This document shows, in pieces, positions 7,762 to 15,349 of a stretch of DNA of 64,000 bases (position 1 is its first letter; each line of letters opens with the position of its first letter). Both the position numbers and the translations under genes were made by a program. The notes beneath the pieces are model-generated. The model made no database searches. It was not told the origin of the DNA and worked only from the letters and a program-made list of their open reading frames with translations. Source of the DNA: Verrucomicrobiota bacterium (GTDB lineage: Bacteria > Chlamydiota > Chlamydiia > Chlamydiales > JAAKFR01); assembly GCA_018239815.1 (NCBI GenBank), contig JAFEGP010000019.1:36096-100095 (forward strand), given 5' to 3'.

Positions 7762-9357
7762 TCAGCTTCGATGTTTTAAATCTTGGATTTTCTTTTCAAT
7801 TTCTACAATAGAGGCATCACATTTTTCAAGAGCTTCTTTCTCTTGGTCCACAAGCTCCTGAGTCAACATCACCTTCTCAAGATCTAAAGAAGAGCCTGCT
7901 AACATTTTTCTGTAATCATCTAATTGTAACTTAATTTCACGACGTCTGTCCTTTCTAACCTGAAGAATTTGGTTCAATTCTTCCAAGAGTTGACGACTTT
8001 CATCAGGTAAATTGAGGACAGCTGCTTCTTGCTTTTCCATCAGCGCGTCTTTAATTTGCTTAAATAAAGCGTCTAACACATGACGTTCTGATTTTTGACA
8101 CACCAACCCATTTAATCGTTGGCGTAAAGCAGTATATTGCTCTTGTAACGCACCTAAATCTTGAGTACTGATACTCTGTAAGAAAGACTGTATTTCTTGT
8201 TGATAATCCTGAACCTTTTGCTTTCTTTCTAACTCAACAGCTTCTTCTTGTTGACGGCGTTGTTGCTGTCGCAGTTGTTTTTGCTGATGCATAGGCTGAC
8301 TCACTTGAGCCATGAGATCTTTTAGAGTAATAACATCCTGCTTAACAAGGGAAACCTGACGCATAGCATGCTGAATAGAATTCAATTCAACTAATCCTTC
8401 ATCACTGGTCATACGTTCTTCTGTAAAGCGAGTGCCCACATCCAAAATCTGCTTAGAAAACTCAGCTGCATGCAAGGCTGACTGATGCTTGTGCTCAGCA
8501 AACTCTTTATTTAATTCTTTTTCCATCCCCTTAAGCTTATCCCAACACTGACTAAGCAAATTACGTGTGTGCATAAAAGCTTGGTTGTCCAAAGTTAATA
8601 ATTTAGCAAGGGATTGAAAAAGTTTAATCTCATCTCGGTAAAAGAAAACTTGACGACGGACACGATCTGGACAAAAGTTTTTCTCAGAAAAATGTTCTTC
8701 TGCAAACCCTTCCACATCTTGTGAAAATAGTTCACTCACTTCTTTCATAAGCTCTTTGCGATGAGGAAAAACAATGTCCCCTAATGCAGAAAGTCGAGAA
8801 AACAAGTTGTTTTTTTGCTTCATCCGCATTTGAGTTTTAATTAATTCCTTGCGCAGGCCATGAATACGTGTTGCAATCACATTTAATGTTGTCAGCATCT
8901 GCTGTTTATGCACGTACATAGAACCAGAGCTTTTTAAAGCTTGTGGTAGCTTTGGAGCTTCTAAATTTTTATTAACAACACTGTCTTCATTGGAAAGAGA
9001 TTCAACTTGTTGTTCTAAGTCTTGCAAAGCAAGACCGATTTGCTCCGCAGCGAATGAAGACTCCGCTTCCATTAAATTTTTTAAACGACGCCCTTCTCGA
9101 GTCAAATTGGTATAGAGCTCCCATAACTGGGCACGAGAATGATGAGAAAAAGTTTCTTTAAACAAAGGAAAACAAAACTGCCGAACCTGCCAGAACCCTT
9201 TAAAATCAGGAGCACCTTCCTGAGATAATGTTTTCTGCATAAACACTAAACACATGCGAAGTCTTTCTTCTAAACTTTCTTGACTTTCCTGACATGTTTG
9301 CAGAAACGTTGTGACGTAATCGGACTCTTGGGGGGGGGACTGTGTATTTTCTTTCAT
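7762..9357 (-). CDS. Coiled-coil hypothetical protein (Gln/Glu/Lys-rich)
   Basis: 531 aa with long heptad-like stretches (QQKQLRQQQRRQQEEAVELERKQK). No enzymatic motif recognised. By position it may correspond to the hypothetical gene next to the mqn gene in Chlamydiaceae. Confidence 0.6.
   Translation of the reverse strand: MKENTQSPPQESDYVTTFLQTCQESQESLEERLRMCLVFMQKTLSQEGAPDFKGFWQVRQFCFPLFKETFSHHSRAQLWELYTNLTREGRRLKNLMEAESSFAAEQIGLALQDLEQQVESLSNEDSVVNKNLEAPKLPQALKSSGSMYVHKQQMLTTLNVIATRIHGLRKELIKTQMRMKQKNNLFSRLSALGDIVFPHRKELMKEVSELFSQDVEGFAEEHFSEKNFCPDRVRRQVFFYRDEIKLFQSLAKLLTLDNQAFMHTRNLLSQCWDKLKGMEKELNKEFAEHKHQSALHAAEFSKQILDVGTRFTEERMTSDEGLVELNSIQHAMRQVSLVKQDVITLKDLMAQVSQPMHQQKQLRQQQRRQQEEAVELERKQKVQDYQQEIQSFLQSISTQDLGALQEQYTALRQRLNGLVCQKSERHVLDALFKQIKDALMEKQEAAVLNLPDESRQLLEELNQILQVRKDRRREIKLQLDDYRKMLAGSSLDLEKVMLTQELVDQEKEALEKCDASIVEIEKKIQDLKHRS
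9330..9338 (-). repeat. Homopolymeric poly-C(9) tract (poly-G on the plus strand) in codons 7-10 of the coiled-coil gene
   Basis: Plus strand reads cttgGGGGGGGGac. On the coding strand TCC CCC CCC CAA encodes S-P-P-Q. It is the only G/C run longer than 6 that I found in the window. Confidence 0.9.
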
Positions 9358-9495
9358 CTCATTAACGGTTGGATCTCCTTAGCTATAAAGCTTAGAGGGG
9401 ACAAACCGCTCCTACTGTTTTTGAATGCTGCAAGTGTAGCTATCTGTTCTTTTATCTAAAACAAAAATGCCTATCTGTCTCGATCTTTGTTTCTT

Positions 9496-9687
9496 TTAGG
9501 CATTCCTAATAGAAACTATCACCTCGACACTCCCATCTATGCTCATGTCAGCATAGATGTCAAAGACTTCCTTTACTCCCTTGTCTTGAAGCGGGTCGTC
9601 AACTTTATACTTGACTCTGCAAGCCTTGAACCCTAAACAGGAGAATCGGTGACGAATGCATTGACAGAAAATTGTTTCAGAACCCAT
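9496..9687 (-). CDS. Small Cys-rich hypothetical protein (63 aa)
   Basis: An ORF only. It is followed on the minus strand by the hairpin AATGCCTA/TAGGCATT (9466-9508 region) and a T-run, which suggests a separate transcription unit. No homolog recognised. Confidence 0.3.
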   Translation of the reverse strand: MGSETIFCQCIRHRFSCLGFKACRVKYKVDDPLQDKGVKEVFDIYADMSIDGSVEVIVSIRNA

Positions 9688-9730
9688 GTTAAGGCCTTTT
9701 CATACTTTTAGTCAATCATAGAGGGAGAAT

Positions 9731-10888
9731 ATGCAGGAAAGACTGAGCTTTGCAGAAGGGATCGAACTACTTACCCACGCTCCCCTCGAAGAATTACAAC
9801 TTCGTGCGCAATTGATACGCAATCAAAAAAACCCTCCTAATCGTGTTACATTCGTACTAGACTCCAATCCTAACTACACAAATGTCTGCAATGTTGATTG
9901 CAGTTTTTGTGCCTTTTACCGTCACCCAGGAGCTAAAGACTCTTACACAAAATCCGTTGAAGAGGTTATGGAACACTTTGAACGTGCTCATCAGGCTGGA
10001 CTGACAACTGTTTTACTGCAAGGGGGCGTTAATCCTCTTCTTAAATTGGATTACTATGTTGAATTAGTAAAAACAGCTCGAGAGCGCTATCCTCACATTC
10101 ACCCTCATTTTTTTAGTGCTGTAGAATTGTGGCAATGTGCACGCTCTTCTCATATTACAGTTGATGAAGTTTTAAAGGCTCTTTGGGAAGCTGGCTTAAG
10201 ATCACTACCCGGGGGAGGCGCAGAAATTCTCTCCGAACGCATACGTCTTGCTATCTCACCTAAAAAAATGGAACCGGGCTCATGGATTGACATTCATCAA
10301 CGCGCACATGCTTTAGGGTATCGCTCCACAGCTACTATGATGTATGGCCATCTTGAAGAACCTCATGACATTGTCACACATTTAGAAACTTTACGCGTAG
10401 CACAGGACAAGTGCCCTGGTTTTACTTGTTTTGTTCCTTGGAGCTATAAGCCAGAACGCACCGCTTTAAGAAGGAAAGTGCGTCATTGGGCTGGCAAAGA
10501 CGCTTACTTTAGGATCTTGTCTTTTGCACGCATCTATTTGGACAACTTTGACCATATTGGAGCTTCATGGTTTGGCGAAGGTAAAGACATTGGGATGCAA
10601 TCCTTACATTATGGGGCTGATGATTTTGGAGGCACTTTGCTTGAAGAAAACGTGCACCGTGCAACTAATTGGATCAACAAAACAGATCATAATCAAATGC
10701 TAGAAATGATCCGCAAAGCAGGTTTTGAACCTGCACAACGTGATACATTTTATAATATTATCCGTCTTTATACACCCGACGAACATGTCCACGTCCCTCA
10801 CGCTGGTCAAGTCTCTGAGCCGGATTGTTTACCTTCTTATCTTCAATCGACAACATGTTGTCCGACTCAGTGTGCTCAAACACACTAG
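9731..10888 (+). CDS. Radical-SAM menaquinone (futalosine pathway) enzyme, MqnC/MqnE family
   Basis: 385 aa. NYTNVCNVDCSFCAFYR CxxxCxxC cluster and LLQGGVNP. The overall layout fits the CofH/MqnC/MqnE family. I cannot tell MqnC from MqnE by eye. Confidence 0.8.
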   Translation: MQERLSFAEGIELLTHAPLEELQLRAQLIRNQKNPPNRVTFVLDSNPNYTNVCNVDCSFCAFYRHPGAKDSYTKSVEEVMEHFERAHQAGLTTVLLQGGVNPLLKLDYYVELVKTARERYPHIHPHFFSAVELWQCARSSHITVDEVLKALWEAGLRSLPGGGAEILSERIRLAISPKKMEPGSWIDIHQRAHALGYRSTATMMYGHLEEPHDIVTHLETLRVAQDKCPGFTCFVPWSYKPERTALRRKVRHWAGKDAYFRILSFARIYLDNFDHIGASWFGEGKDIGMQSLHYGADDFGGTLLEENVHRATNWINKTDHNQMLEMIRKAGFEPAQRDTFYNIIRLYTPDEHVHVPHAGQVSEPDCLPSYLQSTTCCPTQCAQTH

Positions 10889-10907
10889 TCGTGCAAGGGA
10901 ATCTGGA

Positions 10908-10936
10908 TTGACAAGAAAAAATTAAGATTGTATCTG
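10908..10936 (+). promoter_or_regulatory. Putative sigma-70-type promoter for the 10964 gene
   Basis: TTGACA (10908-10913), 17 nt, TATCTG (10931-10936). The same architecture recurs upstream of the paralog at 11343. Confidence 0.3.
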
Positions 10937-10963
10937 TATTAACTTCTCAACGAGGAAACAAGC

Positions 10964-11233
10964 ATGACGCCTGCTGCTACCCATCAAGCCGAACAAGCTT
11001 ATAATGCGTATCGCTTCTATAAGAGAGCCTTTTTAGTCGGGATTGTTTTTACTGAAGCTGTCAATATGTGTGGTTGTTTTGCTCATTCTGCACTTAATCA
11101 CTGTGATAGTTTCCCTTCTGAAACTGAGTGCTTCTCGCATTTCTCAAAAATTTATACTCTCTTAGCTGTGATTACGTATTCCGTTGGATTATCTATACTT
11201 CGAATGCATCTACTTAACAACCGGGCTGCGTAA
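10964..11233 (+). CDS. Small Cys-rich two-helix membrane protein (paralog A)
   Basis: 89 aa. Hydrophobic helix ending in MCGCF, loop FPSETECFSHF, then a second helix IYTLLAVITYSVGLSIL. GAGGAAACAAGC precedes the ATG. Confidence 0.5.
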   Translation: MTPAATHQAEQAYNAYRFYKRAFLVGIVFTEAVNMCGCFAHSALNHCDSFPSETECFSHFSKIYTLLAVITYSVGLSILRMHLLNNRAA

Positions 11234-11282
11234 TTTCTGATCCATGAAAAGATCATAAATCCCTAAAAACAAAACTCTAACA

Positions 11283-11311
11283 TTGACAATAAGCTCGATA
11301 CCGCCTTATCT
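11283..11311 (+). promoter_or_regulatory. Putative sigma-70-type promoter for the 11343 gene
   Basis: TTGACA (11283-11288), 17 nt, TTATCT (11306-11311). Confidence 0.3.
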
Positions 11312-11342
11312 TCCTGGGGTTTTAATGATCTGGAGCTAAAAA

Positions 11343-11606
11343 ATGACTGGTGCTTCGTTAACTATTCGAACAAATCAAGGTTGGACAACACGAACATTCG
11401 ATGAAGTTCGTTTTCATGGTGTAGCTATTTTAACAAGCTATCTTGCTCTTAAAACTGTTCAGTTATGCGGCCACTGCATATGCCAGACTTTAGACAAACC
11501 TTCCCAGACCTGTCTTGATTGGGAATGTGCTGTTGTGACAATAGGAACTCCTATTTGTTTGAGCATAACAGCTTATGTTCGAACATGGCTATGCGGCTCT
11601 TCTTAA
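11343..11606 (+). CDS. Small Cys-rich two-helix membrane protein (paralog B)
   Basis: 87 aa. Helix ending in LCGHCIC, loop KPSQTCLDWEC, then a second helix VVTIGTPICLSITAYV. Same size and architecture as the 10964 ORF. GGAGCTAAAAA precedes the ATG. Confidence 0.5.
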   Translation: MTGASLTIRTNQGWTTRTFDEVRFHGVAILTSYLALKTVQLCGHCICQTLDKPSQTCLDWECAVVTIGTPICLSITAYVRTWLCGSS

Positions 11607-11695
11607 GGTCAAACAACCTTTAATTTTTTTCAAAAAAAATGGAATTGGATTGAAAAAAAATTCTGTATCCTTTTTTCTTTAAGAAAAAATCAAGA

Positions 11696-12283
11696 ATGTC
11701 CGTAAATCTTCCATATTTTCCATTCACTGCTGTTTCTTTGTCCAATGAGAGAACAAACAAAAAGAGCCTTGCTTTATCTCATTCTATAGGACCTGGAGAT
11801 CCTTTTCTATCCCGACAACGTCAAATAGCTATTCACGAATGGATACAAGCTTTTATGCCTCGCGTTGACAGAATTTTAGACAGAATCCACTTGATTTTTG
11901 ATGCACATTTTGATGCTTTACGCTTACTTAGTTTGACCCATGTTGCGCGTCTAACTCATCACCTTGTCTCGACTCTACGCGACAGGCATATTGTTACTCT
12001 TTGCTTTGCCAATCGATCTAAACTTCATATTCCTCTTCATCCTCAGCACAAATGGGAATTAGCCGTTGCTTTACTGTTAAATCAAAGCACCATCTTGCCA
12101 GTTGGACATTCAGACAATCCTTATCCCTATATGATCTTAAGACTAACCAAGTTTGTGTGTGTTTGTGATCAGCATCCTTATGATAGTTTTAAGCCTGTAC
12201 GTGTAGCATGGGCCATGCAAAATGGTTTTTTTACCGAAGAGTTATACAAAGAATTTCAAAAAATTTGCCTGCTTTTCGCTTAA
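11696..12283 (+). CDS. Hypothetical protein (195 aa)
   Basis: An intact ORF in the same orientation as the two small genes upstream. No motif recognised. Confidence 0.45.
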   Translation: MSVNLPYFPFTAVSLSNERTNKKSLALSHSIGPGDPFLSRQRQIAIHEWIQAFMPRVDRILDRIHLIFDAHFDALRLLSLTHVARLTHHLVSTLRDRHIVTLCFANRSKLHIPLHPQHKWELAVALLLNQSTILPVGHSDNPYPYMILRLTKFVCVCDQHPYDSFKPVRVAWAMQNGFFTEELYKEFQKICLLFA

Positions 12284-12286
12284 GCT

Positions 12287-13312
12287 TTAAGTAGCATAAT
12301 ACTCTTGCATGATCATATCTGCAGCGATCTCCAAATCATGCACATCCACATTTAACCACCGAAAAAGAGATTCTTTACGAAACCATGTAAATTGTCGCTT
12401 AGCATATTGTCGAGAAGCTGCCTTAAACTGCTGAACAAGCCGTTGATAAGCTTGAATATCTTGTTTGCCATCTAAAAACTCTAGGCACTGTCGATAGCCA
12501 ATCGCTTGAGAAGCTGAGGTATTATGACGAAGACCTAATTTTTCAAGTTGTTTGACTTCTTCTATCAATCCCATTTCTAGCATTTGCTCACAGCGATGCT
12601 CAATAGCCTGATAAAGAATTTGTCTTGGTCGATAGATAAACCAACAATGATAATCATAATCTGATAAAGACTTATGACACCCCCACTCAATGTCACTTAC
12701 TTTTTTCCCTGTCAGGGTCATGATTTCTAAAGCTCGAATAACTTTATGTTTATCATTTTGAGTAATGGAAATTGCATAACTAGGATCTAAATCCTGAAGA
12801 CGGTGATACAGAGCCTCTTTGCCCAAGCAATCCATTTCCTGCTCTAAATGCTGCCGTATCTCCGGAACAGATGGGGGTCCCCCAGGCGGTCCATAGACAA
12901 ATGCCCGAAAATAAAATCCTGTCCCTCCAACTAAAATCGGAACACGATCCCGAGCTAAAATCGACTCACAACATTGTTTTGCTTCGTAATAAAAATCTAC
13001 AACATTAAAATTTTCATGAATGTGGCGAATGTCAATCAGATGATGAGGGATTTGTTCCTGAGCTTCTTTACTGACCTTAGCCGTACCGATGTCCATACCC
13101 CGGTAGACTTGCATAGAATCTGTAGAAATAATCTCTCCCCCTAACATCTTAGCTAAGATAAGAGAAAGAGCCGTCTTGCCACAGGCTGTCGGCCCAGCAA
13201 TCAAAATAACTTTTTGAGCTTTGTTTCGAGGAAATTCCTTAAGCTTTTTTTCAAGCGGAAGAAAGGTCCCGACAGGAGAAGTGGTTTGCTTACACTGGGG
13301 AGTAATGCTCAC
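12287..13312 (-). CDS. miaA: tRNA dimethylallyltransferase
   Basis: P-loop LIAGPTACGKT followed by STDSMQVYRGMDIGTAKV, the canonical MiaA N-terminus. Confidence 0.9.
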   Translation of the reverse strand: MSITPQCKQTTSPVGTFLPLEKKLKEFPRNKAQKVILIAGPTACGKTALSLILAKMLGGEIISTDSMQVYRGMDIGTAKVSKEAQEQIPHHLIDIRHIHENFNVVDFYYEAKQCCESILARDRVPILVGGTGFYFRAFVYGPPGGPPSVPEIRQHLEQEMDCLGKEALYHRLQDLDPSYAISITQNDKHKVIRALEIMTLTGKKVSDIEWGCHKSLSDYDYHCWFIYRPRQILYQAIEHRCEQMLEMGLIEEVKQLEKLGLRHNTSASQAIGYRQCLEFLDGKQDIQAYQRLVQQFKAASRQYAKRQFTWFRKESLFRWLNVDVHDLEIAADMIMQEYYAT

Positions 13313-13659
13313 ACGCTTACAAGATGAGTTAAACTTTCCTCTTCATTAGGATAAAATTCAAGGACTTGATGGAATCCCGCCATTTTGATGACCTCCATGA
13401 CCTCATCACTCAGGCTGCACGCCACAATTTTACCCTCTAAATTCTTAAGTCTTTTAGATATTGATAACATCAAACGCATGCCGGCACTACTTAGGTATTC
13501 CACCCCAATAAGATTTAAAACTATTTTAAAATGCCCTTGCTCAATGATAGCTAAAATTTTTTGCTCTAGCTGTGGAGAAGACGCGGCATCTAAACGCCCA
13601 TCGACACGCACCACAACTACATCTCCCTTTTGCTCTACTTGCGTCTCCATAGATCCCAT
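13309..13659 (-). CDS. rsbV: STAS-domain anti-sigma-factor antagonist (RsbV-like)
   Basis: 116 aa. VVVRVDGRLDAASSPQLE...LNLIGVEYLSSAGMRLML contains the phosphorylatable Ser context. 4-nt overlap with miaA. Confidence 0.85.
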   Translation of the reverse strand: MGSMETQVEQKGDVVVVRVDGRLDAASSPQLEQKILAIIEQGHFKIVLNLIGVEYLSSAGMRLMLSISKRLKNLEGKIVACSLSDEVMEVIKMAGFHQVLEFYPNEEESLTHLVSV

Positions 13660-13750
13660 CTTACTTAAGAATTGTTAGACTTTCTGTATTATCAGCAGAA
13701 ACAAAAAAAATACAAGACAAATAGGTAAAGGATTAACGAGGGATTGAGAC

Positions 13751-13785
13751 AAAAAAAAGCCCACCTATAAAAAAACTAGGTGGGC
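13751..13785 (-). terminator. Rho-independent terminator of the KH-domain gene
   Basis: GCCCACCTA (13759-13767) pairs with TAGGTGGGC (13777-13785), followed on the minus strand by T8 (13751-13758). Confidence 0.8.
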
Positions 13786-13806
13786 CGAGATTTCTTACAA
13801 GAAATG

Positions 13807-14091
13807 CTAAACCATAGCCTCTTCTTCAGGCTCCATTTCCATTAACTTGGCAGTACGCTCTGGTTGAATAAGTTCAACCTGGACTTTTTGACCAAGACGT
13901 GTAGCAACTGTGCGAACAATTGTTCTTAAAGCATTAATGGTATTACCTTTGCGACCAATCATCTTACCCACATCTTCAGAAGCAACGCGAATTTCGATTG
14001 TCAACGCCTCCTGCCCTGGCTTAGAAGAGACATTTACCGCCTCAGGCTGGGAAACTAAATTTTTGATAATATATGCAACAAATTCTTCCAT
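13807..14091 (-). CDS. KH-domain RNA-binding protein (YlqC/UPF0109 family)
   Basis: 94 aa. VGKMIGRKGNTINALRTIV contains the GxxG KH motif. Confidence 0.8.
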   Translation of the reverse strand: MEEFVAYIIKNLVSQPEAVNVSSKPGQEALTIEIRVASEDVGKMIGRKGNTINALRTIVRTVATRLGQKVQVELIQPERTAKLMEMEPEEEAMV

Positions 14092-14268
14092 GGACCAAAA
14101 CCTTCAGTTAAATCGAATTTAGAGCGTATCAGGGGAAACCTAATAACACCGTCTCAACTATGACAGAATCGGACGTTTTATACAAAAACTATTGAGTTCA
14201 TTTTTGCTTCATAGAGCTGAAGACAGGGCAAGACTTGTCAAAAATTTACTAAACGCTCCAAAAAGCGA

Positions 14269-14589
14269 TTAATCACAAACAGTTTCTTGCACCCATTTCA
14301 AATATGACGGATTTCCATCTACAATCGGAATTTGCAAAATTTCAGGCACTTCATAGGTAGCTAATGCTAAAATTTTGTCCTTCACTCTATGAAACAAGGA
14401 AGCTTTGGTTTTAAAGATCACAGTGATCTCTTGTGCGCTTTGTAATTGATGATCCCAAATAAAAACTGACTCAATCTGAGGCAAAATATGCGCACACGCA
14501 ACGAGCTTATTAGAAACAAGCTCTTTAGAGACTGCACGAGCCTCTTCTACATTTCCACAGGTCCAATAAATTTGAACAAATTTACTCAT
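14269..14589 (-). CDS. cutA: Divalent-cation tolerance protein CutA
   Basis: LVACAHILPQIESVFIWDHQLQ...YEVPEILQIPI is typical of CutA. ATG at 14589 (MSKFVQIY) overlaps the ftsQ stop (ATGAGTAA). The track start at 14619 adds 10 aa. Confidence 0.8.
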   Translation of the reverse strand: MSKFVQIYWTCGNVEEARAVSKELVSNKLVACAHILPQIESVFIWDHQLQSAQEITVIFKTKASLFHRVKDKILALATYEVPEILQIPIVDGNPSYLKWVQETVCD

Positions 14590-15349
14590 ATTTTTTATCA
14601 AAAGCACGCGGATATACAAAGGCCGCTTGATTAAGTCTTAGATCAATAAATAATGGTTTTTCAAATTGATCCAGAGGTAATGTGCCATAAAATGCCAGTT
14701 GTTGAATAGCGTTTTCTGGAAAGCATTTTAAGATATCACCATTTTTTAATCCCATGATGCAAACACGTTGACCTAAAGTTGGAGCACGAATTTCTGATAA
14801 ATCCAAATGACTAATTTCCGCACGACTGACTAATAAAGCAATGGCTTCCACAAGCGAAGTATCAATGCGACAACCCCAAGGATTTTCAGGACACTGGAGC
14901 CCCAGATAAATTTTAGGAAGGACTGTATTCACATACAGAGGAGCTAAGGGGAACAGAACACCTGAACTATCTAATGCTGTGCCAGGGAAATCCGCTATTT
15001 CCACAAGAGGAACTCTTGGCACTGCACGCAAATGTAATAAATTAGGCTTACATAAACGCAAAGACACTTTCTCTAAAAGTTGTGTTGCTAATAACCTCTG
15101 TTTTGCTATTTCTAAATCAAGTTGACACATTTGCAAAGGCTCATCAGCACAGAGTTCTAACACCTCTGCTATCCAACTGACAGGGATGAAACAAGGCGCT
15201 TGAACCACAATACCTTCAATAGCAGCAGTAGGTAGACGCGCATGCCGCGAGCTAAATAAAAACAAAAAAATCAGCAGAATAGGCAGGGTGGAAACCACTA
15301 CCCGAATGACTGCTTGTCGCACTGAAAAATTTGATTTTACATCAAGCAT
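14582..15349 (-). CDS. ftsQ: Cell-division protein FtsQ-like (TM + POTRA)
   Basis: 255 aa. N-terminal TM (VVVSTLPILLIFLFLF) followed by a POTRA-like region (KVSLRLCKPNLLHLRAVPRVPLVEIADFPGTALDSSGVLFP). It sits directly downstream of murC/ddl. Confidence 0.65.
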   Translation of the reverse strand: MLDVKSNFSVRQAVIRVVVSTLPILLIFLFLFSSRHARLPTAAIEGIVVQAPCFIPVSWIAEVLELCADEPLQMCQLDLEIAKQRLLATQLLEKVSLRLCKPNLLHLRAVPRVPLVEIADFPGTALDSSGVLFPLAPLYVNTVLPKIYLGLQCPENPWGCRIDTSLVEAIALLVSRAEISHLDLSEIRAPTLGQRVCIMGLKNGDILKCFPENAIQQLAFYGTLPLDQFEKPLFIDLRLNQAAFVYPRAFDKKYE

